Positions 38,760 to 47,536 of a stretch of 64,000 nt of DNA are shown here, one piece after another (the stretch's first letter is position 1; the number at the start of each line of letters is the position of its first letter). A program made the position numbers and the translations under genes. Source of the DNA: Candidatus Heimdallarchaeota archaeon (lineage in GTDB: Archaea; Asgardarchaeota; Heimdallarchaeia; Hodarchaeales; Hodarchaeaceae); assembly GCA_020353515.1 (NCBI GenBank), contig CP070695.1:3646277-3710276 (forward strand), read 5' to 3'. A model generated the notes under the pieces. It was not told the origin of the DNA, made no database searches, and saw only the letters and a list, made by a program, of their open reading frames with translations.

Positions 38760-39551
38760 TCAAAGTAAAGTAATGAGTCGTCCTGTCCAGCCTATATTTA
38801 ATTGATTTACTCCCCTATATGAATTTACATAACCAAACTCAATCCTTACTCTATCTTCAACTTTCACCTGTGAAATCTGTTCGCTCCACAATACTAAAAC
38901 GATTTTACCCGTCGCATCACCAAGTTCTGCGTTAGCTACATTGAGTATTTTTCCTGTAGATCGGGAGGTCACTTTTCTAGATGATGCTATTGTAAGAATA
39001 ACCCCCTCTACTGTAATATCCTTCAATCCATCTTTTAATTCCCCTATTTTTGTCATCTCGTAAGGTGACGATGAGTCCATTACTTTCTGATACCAAACTC
39101 CTCTCCAATTGGAATCTCCCTTTTCCCATCCAACCTGTATAAACCCTAGCTTCTCGTAGAAGTGCCTTGTCCTCACATTCCACTCAGGAGTGCCTAATGT
39201 CCAAATTTGGACATCGGGATACAATCCCCAAAGTAATTCCATTGCTTGGGTACCAATACCTTTGTTATGGTGAGGAGGATCTACAAAAATTCCTTCTAAT
39301 ACATGATGTTTTTTTCCCCCAGACCTAGCGAAAATACCACCGACAATATTATCATCTAAGAGTATTTTGAAGTAATCCATAAATTGCATAAATCGTTGGT
39401 GGGATGATGGAGAGTCATATCCTGGAGGCCCTCCAGGCCCAGGCGCGCCCACTTCAACGTCACTTTCATAAGCTTTTTTTGATATTGACGCGAGCTCCTC
39501 AGCATCCTTTTTCTCTGCTCGTACCATTCTAATTTCAATCATGTTCTCCAT
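38760..39551 (-). CDS. GNAT acetyltransferase fused to a C-terminal archaeal SSB/RPA-type OB fold
   Basis: IFVDP.HHNKGIG and HFYEKLGF (GNAT), then KIGELKDG..ITVEG..VANAELGDATGKI.LVLW..GYVNSYRG..QLNIG..G (SSB OB). Confidence 0.85.
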   Translation of the reverse strand: MENMIEIRMVRAEKKDAEELASISKKAYESDVEVGAPGPGGPPGYDSPSSHQRFMQFMDYFKILLDDNIVGGIFARSGGKKHHVLEGIFVDPPHHNKGIGTQAMELLWGLYPDVQIWTLGTPEWNVRTRHFYEKLGFIQVGWEKGDSNWRGVWYQKVMDSSSPYEMTKIGELKDGLKDITVEGVILTIASSRKVTSRSTGKILNVANAELGDATGKIVLVLWSEQISQVKVEDRVRIEFGYVNSYRGVNQLNIGWTGRLITLL

Positions 39552-39584
39552 TCTCTATTTTAAATAGGCAATTAAAGTGATAAA

Positions 39585-39709
39585 GAGTGATTCACTCCTA
39601 TAATAGCAAATCGAACAATACTAATATTAATCAGTTTGTTGTGGTAATGAAATTTTTTCTGTGAATAACTCCATAATAGCTGTTGAAATTATTATGGAGA
39701 AAATCACTC
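39585..39709. promoter_or_regulatory. Palindrome and inverted-repeat cluster between ROK and GNAT-SSB
   Basis: GAGTGA-T-TCACTC at 39585-39597; CTCCATAATA-N11-TATTATGGAG at 39669-39699. Confidence 0.45.
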
Positions 39710-39719
39710 AGTTAAAGAG

Positions 39720-40739
39720 TTATTCATCTGTAAACATGAACACTAGTTTCGCTGCTCCATACAATGAGGCGTCACCACCCAGTGAAGAAGACAATATTCT
39801 AATTTCTCCCTTCTCAACCTTTTTTGCTAAATAACGCTGAGAATAATTGGTCACAATCTCAATGACACGATCCAAAAATAGCTCAGCAGACTGGCCCACT
39901 CCTCCCCCAATGACAACTATTTCTGGAGCTAAGGTGCTAATGAGGTTTGATACAACAATACCTAGGTATACCGCGGTTTCTTGCACTATCTTCAAAGCAA
40001 GTGGGTCACCCTTCCTTGTGGCTTCAAAAATCAATTCAGAGGTTATCATATTAATATCGTTGTTCACCATATCCATCAAGATAGTTTTAGATCCTCTACG
40101 TATTTCTTCAATGACTCGCCTTGCAATACCAGTGCCAGAACAGAAGCTCTCAAAACATCCTTCATCATAAACCTTATCCATGAAGCTGGGGCCAAGTAAC
40201 GTCCATCCTATTGACCCCGCAAGCCCCCCAACTCCATCGTACGGTTTTCCATCTAAAAGAATACTGCTTCCGATACCTGTTCCCAAAATGATATAAATAG
40301 CATTTTTCGCTTCACGGGCAACACCTACCCATTCTTCACCAAGTATGGGGGTAACATGGTCATGTACTGCAAATATCGGGAGTGATTTACCGAGATTTTC
40401 TTGCAGCCATGTTGTTAATACAGAACCTTGGATTTGTGGGATGTTCGTCTCCCACTCAATTTTATCGTCATATTTTTCCACGAGTGTGGCACAAGCAATC
40501 CCAATTCCTTTAATTTTTAATCCATTTGTTTCTGACCTGTCCAGTCCTTTTTGTATCAGCTTTGCAATCTGTGACATTAAATCTGTTGTATCTCCCTGAA
40601 TAGTAGGTTCTTCAATTCGGAATACTATTTTTCCTTTTGAATTAATTATGGCAGAAGAAATCTTGGTTCCTCCGACATCGACCCCAATAGCAAACAATTC
40701 GTTCTCAAGGTTAGTATCAGGAGACAAGTCTTTTCCCAA
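39720..40739 (-). CDS. ROK family sugar kinase
   Basis: IGVDVGGTK, LGE.W.G, LGTGIG, GCFESFCSG and VIGGGV. No N-terminal HTH. Confidence 0.88.
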   Translation of the reverse strand: MGKDLSPDTNLENELFAIGVDVGGTKISSAIINSKGKIVFRIEEPTIQGDTTDLMSQIAKLIQKGLDRSETNGLKIKGIGIACATLVEKYDDKIEWETNIPQIQGSVLTTWLQENLGKSLPIFAVHDHVTPILGEEWVGVAREAKNAIYIILGTGIGSSILLDGKPYDGVGGLAGSIGWTLLGPSFMDKVYDEGCFESFCSGTGIARRVIEEIRRGSKTILMDMVNNDINMITSELIFEATRKGDPLALKIVQETAVYLGIVVSNLISTLAPEIVVIGGGVGQSAELFLDRVIEIVTNYSQRYLAKKVEKGEIRILSSSLGGDASLYGAAKLVFMFTDE

Positions 40740-40776
40740 GTATTTAGAATATTAGATTAATTACCTTCTTCAATAA

Positions 40777-42969
40777 TTAAATCCATTCAATCTTTAGTAC
40801 ACAGACTTCCTGTGACTTCAACTCCCGTTGGATCCTCAGTCCGTTTTCATAACTCCATTTTACTTCTGTTTGACTAGGAATATCTAATACTTTGTATTTT
40901 TCTTCAGGAATACGGATATGAAAAGCTAACTCAGCTTGGTCACCATGATTGAAACCAAATAAAAGCTTGTATCCTGAACCTTCTAAGATCCTCCCCTCTA
41001 CTTTGTTTCCTCCTTTGATGTACATTGGGGGTTCAACATCAGCCCATTTAAAGAGATTTTTAAGGAACTTTCCGTTTTCCTCATTTCTATCCTTTTCATA
41101 AGTCATGCTTATCAATGAACCAATTAGTATCGCTTCACCCTTGCCATAACTGTTGATTATCATTGCGGGCGAACCATCTTCAAAACTTGCTAAGATTTTA
41201 GCAGTATCCTTCAATTGTCCAAAAGCCTCCTCGTAAACTGACCCAAAGATCTCTTTCTTTTCTGAAAAAAAGGTCGAAATCTCCTGTGTTGATCCTACAA
41301 GAAGTTTAGTCTTCTTCCTCTCACGAATCCAACGTTCCTTGCAACCAAAAACTTCTTGAAGACCAAAACCTGGAATCACTTCAGCAGATTGCCCTTTCTC
41401 ATCACTCCACGCTGGACGGATTTCCGCTACTAATTTTCCTCCATGTTGTACAAATTTCTTCACCCCTTCAGCTATCTCTGCTGTCATCATGATGGAAAAA
41501 GGCATGAAAATTAGACGATAATTCTTCAAGTTGCCCTTTACAAAATCATTGATGTGAATAAAATCAACTGGAATGTTCTCCTCCATTAGGGCACGATAAA
41601 TACCTGTCATCGAAGAGGCCACAATATCATTAGATTGCTCCCTAGAACAGGTCAGCATGATATATGAATATATATTGTACACAATCCCAATTTCAGCCTT
41701 TGGGGACTTTGTATTCCGAAAAATATCCATATTTTCTGTAACTATTCTTCCAACTTCTCCTGCTGCCTTAGCTCGATCAGTAATACTCCCATCTAAGTTT
41801 ATCATACCAAATCCTGAGGTTTCATACCCGCAGCTCATAGGATACCATGCATAGTAGTTCAAACCTTTCGCCTCCCTAGCTATGGCACTCCAAGCCCACA
41901 TTTGGACATCTTGGGGGGTCACAGGCTCTCCAAAGCGAATCCCTGTTACACCATCTCCACACTGAAGTTCCCCAAGCCAATAATCTATTCCCTGATCTTT
42001 ACATGAGGAACGAGTAGCATCTAAAGATATTCCACGTTGAGCTGAATCTAGGGGATTATTCCAACCGATGTGCTTTGGATAGAGAGATGTTCCCCAAACT
42101 TCAACCTGTTTTGCCATCTCCCAATCATCAGGATTACCATACCAATTTAAAGGAGGCACAAAAACTGAACTTATGGCAGCATGACTCGTAACCACATGTT
42201 CAGAATCAACTTTTTTAACAGTCTGAGCTCGCCACTTCAAATCCTCAGCTAATTTATCTATGTTGAATAGTTGCCAGTCTATAAGATCTCGCCAAGTTGA
42301 TAATGTAACATACTTTGGTGGAATAACCTCATTCCAGTCTCTATATGCACGATACCAAGATTTATTCAGGTTTCTTATGTTATCGTAACGTTTCCTCAAC
42401 CAATTGCGGAATCTTTCACGACTATGCTGACAATAACAAAACCAACCAACCCCACTTGGAAGCCAGTCGAGCCAAGTCCAGCTGAGAATATGAGGTTCAC
42501 TCCAAACATCCCATCCGTAAAAACTTGGATGCTTTTTTACTTGTTCAGCCACTTTTTGCATAAAGATTGTTGCCTCTTTTCTAACATCTGGATGATCTAA
42601 GCAAAATCCTGGTGAGGCTTGTGAATCGATCATATCATCGTTTTGTGCTTGAAAACGTGAATCAGGATAGAGAGAAGCTATCCAGTTTGGTGCTGAGTCT
42701 AAGTACAGCTGCATGATTACTTTTAATTCATTTTTCTCCGCCAATTTCATAAGTGGATCGATGAAACTAAGGTTCCAGACCCCTGGTTCAGGTTCTACGG
42801 TTAACCAGTCAACCCAAAATTTCACTGAGTTAAAACCAAGTTTTTTCATATTCTCGATATCTCTTTTGGCAATTTTATGACTTTCTTCTGTAGGGTGAGA
42901 TAACATTGGAGCACGTGCTTTATTTTCGCCATACCATACAGAAATAGGAAAGAAATCTGCCATTTTCAA
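40777..42969 (-). CDS. GH42-like glycoside hydrolase (beta-galactosidase-like, specificity uncertain)
   Basis: DIENMKKLGFNSV, W..VEPEPG.W, WDVWSEP, CYC..S..RFR.WL..RY..I..LN..W, GELQ and a C-terminal trimerisation domain. Confidence 0.82.
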   Translation of the reverse strand: MKMADFFPISVWYGENKARAPMLSHPTEESHKIAKRDIENMKKLGFNSVKFWVDWLTVEPEPGVWNLSFIDPLMKLAEKNELKVIMQLYLDSAPNWIASLYPDSRFQAQNDDMIDSQASPGFCLDHPDVRKEATIFMQKVAEQVKKHPSFYGWDVWSEPHILSWTWLDWLPSGVGWFCYCQHSRERFRNWLRKRYDNIRNLNKSWYRAYRDWNEVIPPKYVTLSTWRDLIDWQLFNIDKLAEDLKWRAQTVKKVDSEHVVTSHAAISSVFVPPLNWYGNPDDWEMAKQVEVWGTSLYPKHIGWNNPLDSAQRGISLDATRSSCKDQGIDYWLGELQCGDGVTGIRFGEPVTPQDVQMWAWSAIAREAKGLNYYAWYPMSCGYETSGFGMINLDGSITDRAKAAGEVGRIVTENMDIFRNTKSPKAEIGIVYNIYSYIMLTCSREQSNDIVASSMTGIYRALMEENIPVDFIHINDFVKGNLKNYRLIFMPFSIMMTAEIAEGVKKFVQHGGKLVAEIRPAWSDEKGQSAEVIPGFGLQEVFGCKERWIRERKKTKLLVGSTQEISTFFSEKKEIFGSVYEEAFGQLKDTAKILASFEDGSPAMIINSYGKGEAILIGSLISMTYEKDRNEENGKFLKNLFKWADVEPPMYIKGGNKVEGRILEGSGYKLLFGFNHGDQAELAFHIRIPEEKYKVLDIPSQTEVKWSYENGLRIQRELKSQEVCVLKIEWI

Positions 42970-43721
42970 CCATCCTTCTCTCTCATCATTTTACTGTAAG
43001 CTTCAAATACTTCTTCATTATGAGTCTTAGGTATTTCACCAACATTTGGAGAAACAAACACTTTTAATGACATTTTTTTATCAATTAAGATTTTTGCTAT
43101 TTCGGCTACCAATGCCATGGAGATAGCAACTATAGCTATCGTTGAACCAGCTGCAACGGGTTCTCGCTGCCCATCTATTTTGACCAGTGCATCTTCAGCT
43201 GGTACACAATTATCAATGGTGATATCTGCTATATCACACAACCTATTTCCTTGGTGAGTAGTAGAAACCTTCTGTTGATTTTCCATAGATGTAACAGCGA
43301 CTACAAAGAGGCCTAATCTCTTGGCACCTAGTGCCATCTCAACAGGTACAGCATTAATGCCCCCATGAGAGAATACCAACATAACATCCTTGTCATTAAT
43401 CTTATTACGTTTGAGAAGGATTTCAGCATAACCTTCTTGTCGTTCAAGCCAAAGTAACTCCTGAACTCCTCCAGGTCCGATGATATTGAACCACATCAAC
43501 CGTGGATCAAGCAGAGGATGGAAACCAGGATAACTACCGTAACGGGGAAATATATCAAGGACTGGTATAACTGAATGTCCGCTACCAAACATGTGAACGA
43601 CTCCTCCCTGTGCAATGGAATCCGCCATGACCTGAGCAGCCTTTTTAATCTGTTCAGATTGAGTTACACGAATTTTTTTAAGAACAACCTCTATTGCTTC
43701 AAAGTATTGATCAGATGTCAT
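42966..43721 (-). CDS. SIS-domain sugar-phosphate isomerase/deaminase (UPF0309-like)
   Basis: VHMFGSGHS, FSHGG.N..PVEMA, VAVTS and DITIDN..P..DA. Overlaps the start of the GH42-like ORF. Confidence 0.85.
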   Translation of the reverse strand: MTSDQYFEAIEVVLKKIRVTQSEQIKKAAQVMADSIAQGGVVHMFGSGHSVIPVLDIFPRYGSYPGFHPLLDPRLMWFNIIGPGGVQELLWLERQEGYAEILLKRNKINDKDVMLVFSHGGINAVPVEMALGAKRLGLFVVAVTSMENQQKVSTTHQGNRLCDIADITIDNCVPAEDALVKIDGQREPVAAGSTIAIVAISMALVAEIAKILIDKKMSLKVFVSPNVGEIPKTHNEEVFEAYSKMMREKDG

Positions 43722-44063
43722 GATTTTTCACTTAAATTGTAGGTTTTAATACTATTTCAGAGTAGTTAAAATTAACCCCAGAAGATACAATTAAACATAA
43801 AAACTTATAGGTATAATTTTACAAGTGAAGGAAAAAGCAATACCATTTAACCGTTATTTGATGAATGACAAGAGTTTGGTGAATAAGAGCTGCTAAGGTT
43901 GGTCAAATCTGGTGTAGATGGTCATATCCTCTTGAAATGATCTGGGAAATTCTGGAAAAGTATTTATTACAATAGTTAAAGATGTGTTACAAAATAAGGA
44001 AGATCTCAATCCAGTCAACTCTTAGCAAGAATGAGTTTACCAATACTTAAAGGAAGCAATAAA

Positions 44064-45227
44064 ATGGGACAAATCGCTTTGAAAGCAGACAGAGTACTTA
44101 CACCTACAAAAGAACTCACGGACGTCGCCATTATTGTTGAGAAAGATATAATAAAGAAGATAATACCGTCGAATGAGATACCACAAAACATGGATGTGCT
44201 ATATCACCCTAATACTATAGCTGCTCCGGGATTCATTGATATTCACATACATGGATATCATGGTTGTGATAGTACTTCAGGTAAAGAATCATGCTTTGCT
44301 CAAATGTCCAAATCTTTATTAAAACATGGTGTTACGTCTTATTTACCAACGACTGTGACCCAATCCCAGGAAGTTTTGTTAAAAATATGTAATGTTCTAA
44401 AATCAGTTATTAAAAGAGGGGTGAATGGAGCAGAGATATTAGGACTTCACTTAGAAGGCCCCTACATAGGCAAGGGGAAAGAAGTAGGTGCGCAAAATGT
44501 GGATTTTGCCCGAAATCCAGATATTAAAGAACTAATGGAACTAATAGAAAATTCTGGAAATAATATAAGAAGAATTACTCTTGCACCAGAACTTCCTGGA
44601 GCATTGGAATTAATTAAGTATGTAAAGGAAAAGGGAATAATAGTTGCTGCTGGACATACGAATGCTACCTACAAAGAAGCAATATTAGGATTTAACGCTG
44701 GTGTAACCATCTGTAACCATCTTTTTAATGGAATGAGACCTTTTCACCATAGAGAACCGGGGATAGTAGGTGCATACTTTGTACGAGATGATTTATACGC
44801 AGAAATGATTGCAGACATGATTCACCTTCATCCAGAAGTTATAAATGCAATAATTAAAATGAAAGGGACTGAGAAAATAATCTTAATAACTGATGCTATT
44901 GCGGGAACATGTCTCCCAGACGGGGAATACGAACTAGGTGGGTTAAGAACCATTATCAAGGACGGAATAAGTCGAATAGAGACCACTGGGAGACTAGCCG
45001 GTAGTACTTTGAGAATGGATGTTGCAATCAAGAATATAGTTACAAATTTAGGCGTAGATCTGAAAGATGCCATAAGAATGGCAACATCAAATCCAGCAGA
45101 GGCAATGAAACTATCAAATTATGGTCGCTTAGCTCCTGGATGTGTAGCTGATATTGTTGTTCTTGATTCAAATTTAGATGTTCTCATTACAATGTGTAGA
45201 GGGAAAGTCCTTTACTCCACGAAATAA
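44064..45227 (+). CDS. nagA: N-acetylglucosamine-6-phosphate deacetylase
   Basis: PGFIDIHIHG, GLHLEGPY, TLAPE, GHTNA, HLFNGM, ILITDA, LAGSTL and ATSNPA. Alternative ATG at 44031. Confidence 0.92.
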   Translation: MGQIALKADRVLTPTKELTDVAIIVEKDIIKKIIPSNEIPQNMDVLYHPNTIAAPGFIDIHIHGYHGCDSTSGKESCFAQMSKSLLKHGVTSYLPTTVTQSQEVLLKICNVLKSVIKRGVNGAEILGLHLEGPYIGKGKEVGAQNVDFARNPDIKELMELIENSGNNIRRITLAPELPGALELIKYVKEKGIIVAAGHTNATYKEAILGFNAGVTICNHLFNGMRPFHHREPGIVGAYFVRDDLYAEMIADMIHLHPEVINAIIKMKGTEKIILITDAIAGTCLPDGEYELGGLRTIIKDGISRIETTGRLAGSTLRMDVAIKNIVTNLGVDLKDAIRMATSNPAEAMKLSNYGRLAPGCVADIVVLDSNLDVLITMCRGKVLYSTK

Positions 45228-45273
45228 TGTTATTCAACACGAGCAATTATTTTTCTGTAAGAAATCATCATTA

Positions 45274-46311
45274 TCACGTAGCAAAATCATAACAAGATGA
45301 TGTTTTAGCAAAATCGATGACATCCTTTAATGTCCCAATTTCCCCTGTTGATATCTGATAAGCAGCTACTGCATTTGCAAATACTGTGGTTTCTGGGATT
45401 GACAGACCTAATTGCCATCCTGTTAGAAAACCAGCATGCCAACTGTCACCCGCACCTGTCGCTTTGAGGACAGAAATATTAAAACATGGCGTATTGGTTA
45501 GTTGTTCTCCATCTTTCCAGATTTCTGCTTTTTTTGCCATATGTAATCCAAACAAAATATCAGGATAAGTGATGGAGAGGTGCTGGATTGCTTCTTCTGG
45601 TGTCAGATTGGGTTTTTGAGCTAGTAATTGAAATTCAGTTTCATTTCCAGTAATGAATGACGGTACTTTTGTAGGATGTTCTAAAATACGGTGCCTAAAT
45701 CCCTCAATACGTTGAAGATGTGGTGTTAAATCAGAAAAGTCAACTGAAACTACAGTAGAAGGGGGTACTTCTTGTAGTATAGTCTCAACTAGATTCTCCA
45801 TCTGGAAGTTTTGAGCATTTGTTATCGCAATTACATGGCTTTCTTTCAGAACTCGCCATTGTTCGGGTGTTAATTTTTCCGAAGAAAATTCAGCAACACT
45901 TCCTGAGGCGCAAAACATCACATTATGTTTGTTTGAACCATGGGGAATTTCGAGAATGACTGAACTTGCTATTTCACCTGTAGTCGATACGAGAGTTTTT
46001 ACTCCAAGAGGATGTAGAAAAAATTCAACAAGCTGTTTGCCTAATGGAGAAGTTTCACATAAAAAAATCGTTGGAACACCTAAACCACCTAATGTTTTAG
46101 CTACATTCCCTCCATTTCCTCCTGCAATGAATTGAGCTTTTGGTCCAAGAATGTTACCACCCCCTCTTGAATAGACTGTTTCCATCTCGCTTTTCAGCTT
46201 ATTATAAGACATTGTTGGATCTATTATAATATCAAGGTAAAAATCAGGTAGAACAGTCATTTTTAACTGTTTTATCTTACTAATTGCAGTTTCAAAGTCT
46301 ATTGAAATCAT
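45274..46311 (-). CDS. PfkB family carbohydrate kinase
   Basis: GGNGGNVA..L..LG, NETE, ATGAGDSWHAGF and FANAVAA. Confidence 0.88.
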   Translation of the reverse strand: MISIDFETAISKIKQLKMTVLPDFYLDIIIDPTMSYNKLKSEMETVYSRGGGNILGPKAQFIAGGNGGNVAKTLGGLGVPTIFLCETSPLGKQLVEFFLHPLGVKTLVSTTGEIASSVILEIPHGSNKHNVMFCASGSVAEFSSEKLTPEQWRVLKESHVIAITNAQNFQMENLVETILQEVPPSTVVSVDFSDLTPHLQRIEGFRHRILEHPTKVPSFITGNETEFQLLAQKPNLTPEEAIQHLSITYPDILFGLHMAKKAEIWKDGEQLTNTPCFNISVLKATGAGDSWHAGFLTGWQLGLSIPETTVFANAVAAYQISTGEIGTLKDVIDFAKTSSCYDFAT

Positions 46312-46335
46312 TCATAATCACATTGATCTTTACAA

Positions 46336-47364
46336 TTATATTGTGTCATTAATTTGGGGTTTTCTATTTATTATGGTCTTTATTTGTTCCATCTTTTCTG
46401 GGTTATCCTGGATTTTCTCCCACGACCAGAAAATAACTCCACTTGAAGGAACCTTTACGGCTTGTACAACCATCTCACTAAATTCTTCGGTTGTGATTTC
46501 TGTAGTTAAATAACTTCTTTCCACTTGGATACTTGGTACAATCTTCTGCTTTGTCAGTTCATACATATTTTTAACCACTGCGTTTATCCAAGATGGTTTT
46601 CTTTTTAACATATGAGAATAACACATAGGCGAAATAAAATCAACTATCTTTGCTATTTCCTTAAGATCTTGACCTGCAATTTTTTCAATTGCGCCATCAA
46701 AGTCGATTTGTCTCCATGGTAGAACATGAACATTAATCAGAATATCAGGTTTTAATTTCCTAACCTCTTGAGTGATTTCTTTTATGAAGTTGGAAATGTT
46801 AGTGCATTTCCATTTCGTCCATTCAATAGATAGATTATTCTGGATGAATTCTACAATTCTTTGGTTATCCATAATTTCTGTTGGCATTGCTAGTTTAGAA
46901 TCTTCTTGGAATTTCTCTATACAATAAGGGCAAAAACAGCAGTTTGGAATAGACTCTAAGGTTCTTCCAGGGTAAATTTTTTCCCAGAATACAAAATAGC
47001 GGATGAAATCTAAACTTAAACCATCAGGGTTTAGCTCTGTGACTACTTTTTTCATTTCTTCAACTTTATTTTTCCGATAATCATCTCGTGTTGGACATAC
47101 GAATTTCACCCATTCGTCTACTGCTTTCTCCCCTTTATTAGTTATCGAGTATAATTCAGGATTTTTCTCAAGAGCCTCTGGATCATAAAAAACAGGAAAT
47201 ATAATAAAAACAGTCATTTTTTTTTCTTTCATTAGTTTTCTAAATTTATAATTGGAATACAAAGATGTACTTACAAAGACTGTATCGAAGCTTAAAGAAC
47301 GCCATTCATTGAATACCCCCTTAAGATCTCTTTGTAGGTCATATATTTTAGTTCCAATCATCAT
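46336..47364 (-). CDS. Putative glycoside hydrolase-like TIM-barrel protein (GHL10/DUF4015-like)
   Basis: FVCPT, DGLSLDFIRY, CFCPYC, GQD...I...VDFISPMCY and GVIFW. Confidence 0.65.
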   Translation of the reverse strand: MMIGTKIYDLQRDLKGVFNEWRSLSFDTVFVSTSLYSNYKFRKLMKEKKMTVFIIFPVFYDPEALEKNPELYSITNKGEKAVDEWVKFVCPTRDDYRKNKVEEMKKVVTELNPDGLSLDFIRYFVFWEKIYPGRTLESIPNCCFCPYCIEKFQEDSKLAMPTEIMDNQRIVEFIQNNLSIEWTKWKCTNISNFIKEITQEVRKLKPDILINVHVLPWRQIDFDGAIEKIAGQDLKEIAKIVDFISPMCYSHMLKRKPSWINAVVKNMYELTKQKIVPSIQVERSYLTTEITTEEFSEMVVQAVKVPSSGVIFWSWEKIQDNPEKMEQIKTIINRKPQINDTI

Positions 47365-47536
47365 TTCATTACCTTCTCAAATTTCTTGGAGAATAAAGTC
47401 TTCTAATAACTATGTATCAATCCTAATTCTTTAAAATTTATCACAATGTTCTTAGGCTGAGCTAAATGGAACAATCTAATCCTAACAATTAGGGTAAAAC
47501 AATGTAATTACCTTCTTATGTGAATGGTGAATCTAT

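Noticed and set aside
43722-44063. glmS ribozyme or riboswitch upstream of nagA
   Set aside because: No glmS core consensus is visible, and a TATA-like box near 43960 implies a short leader.
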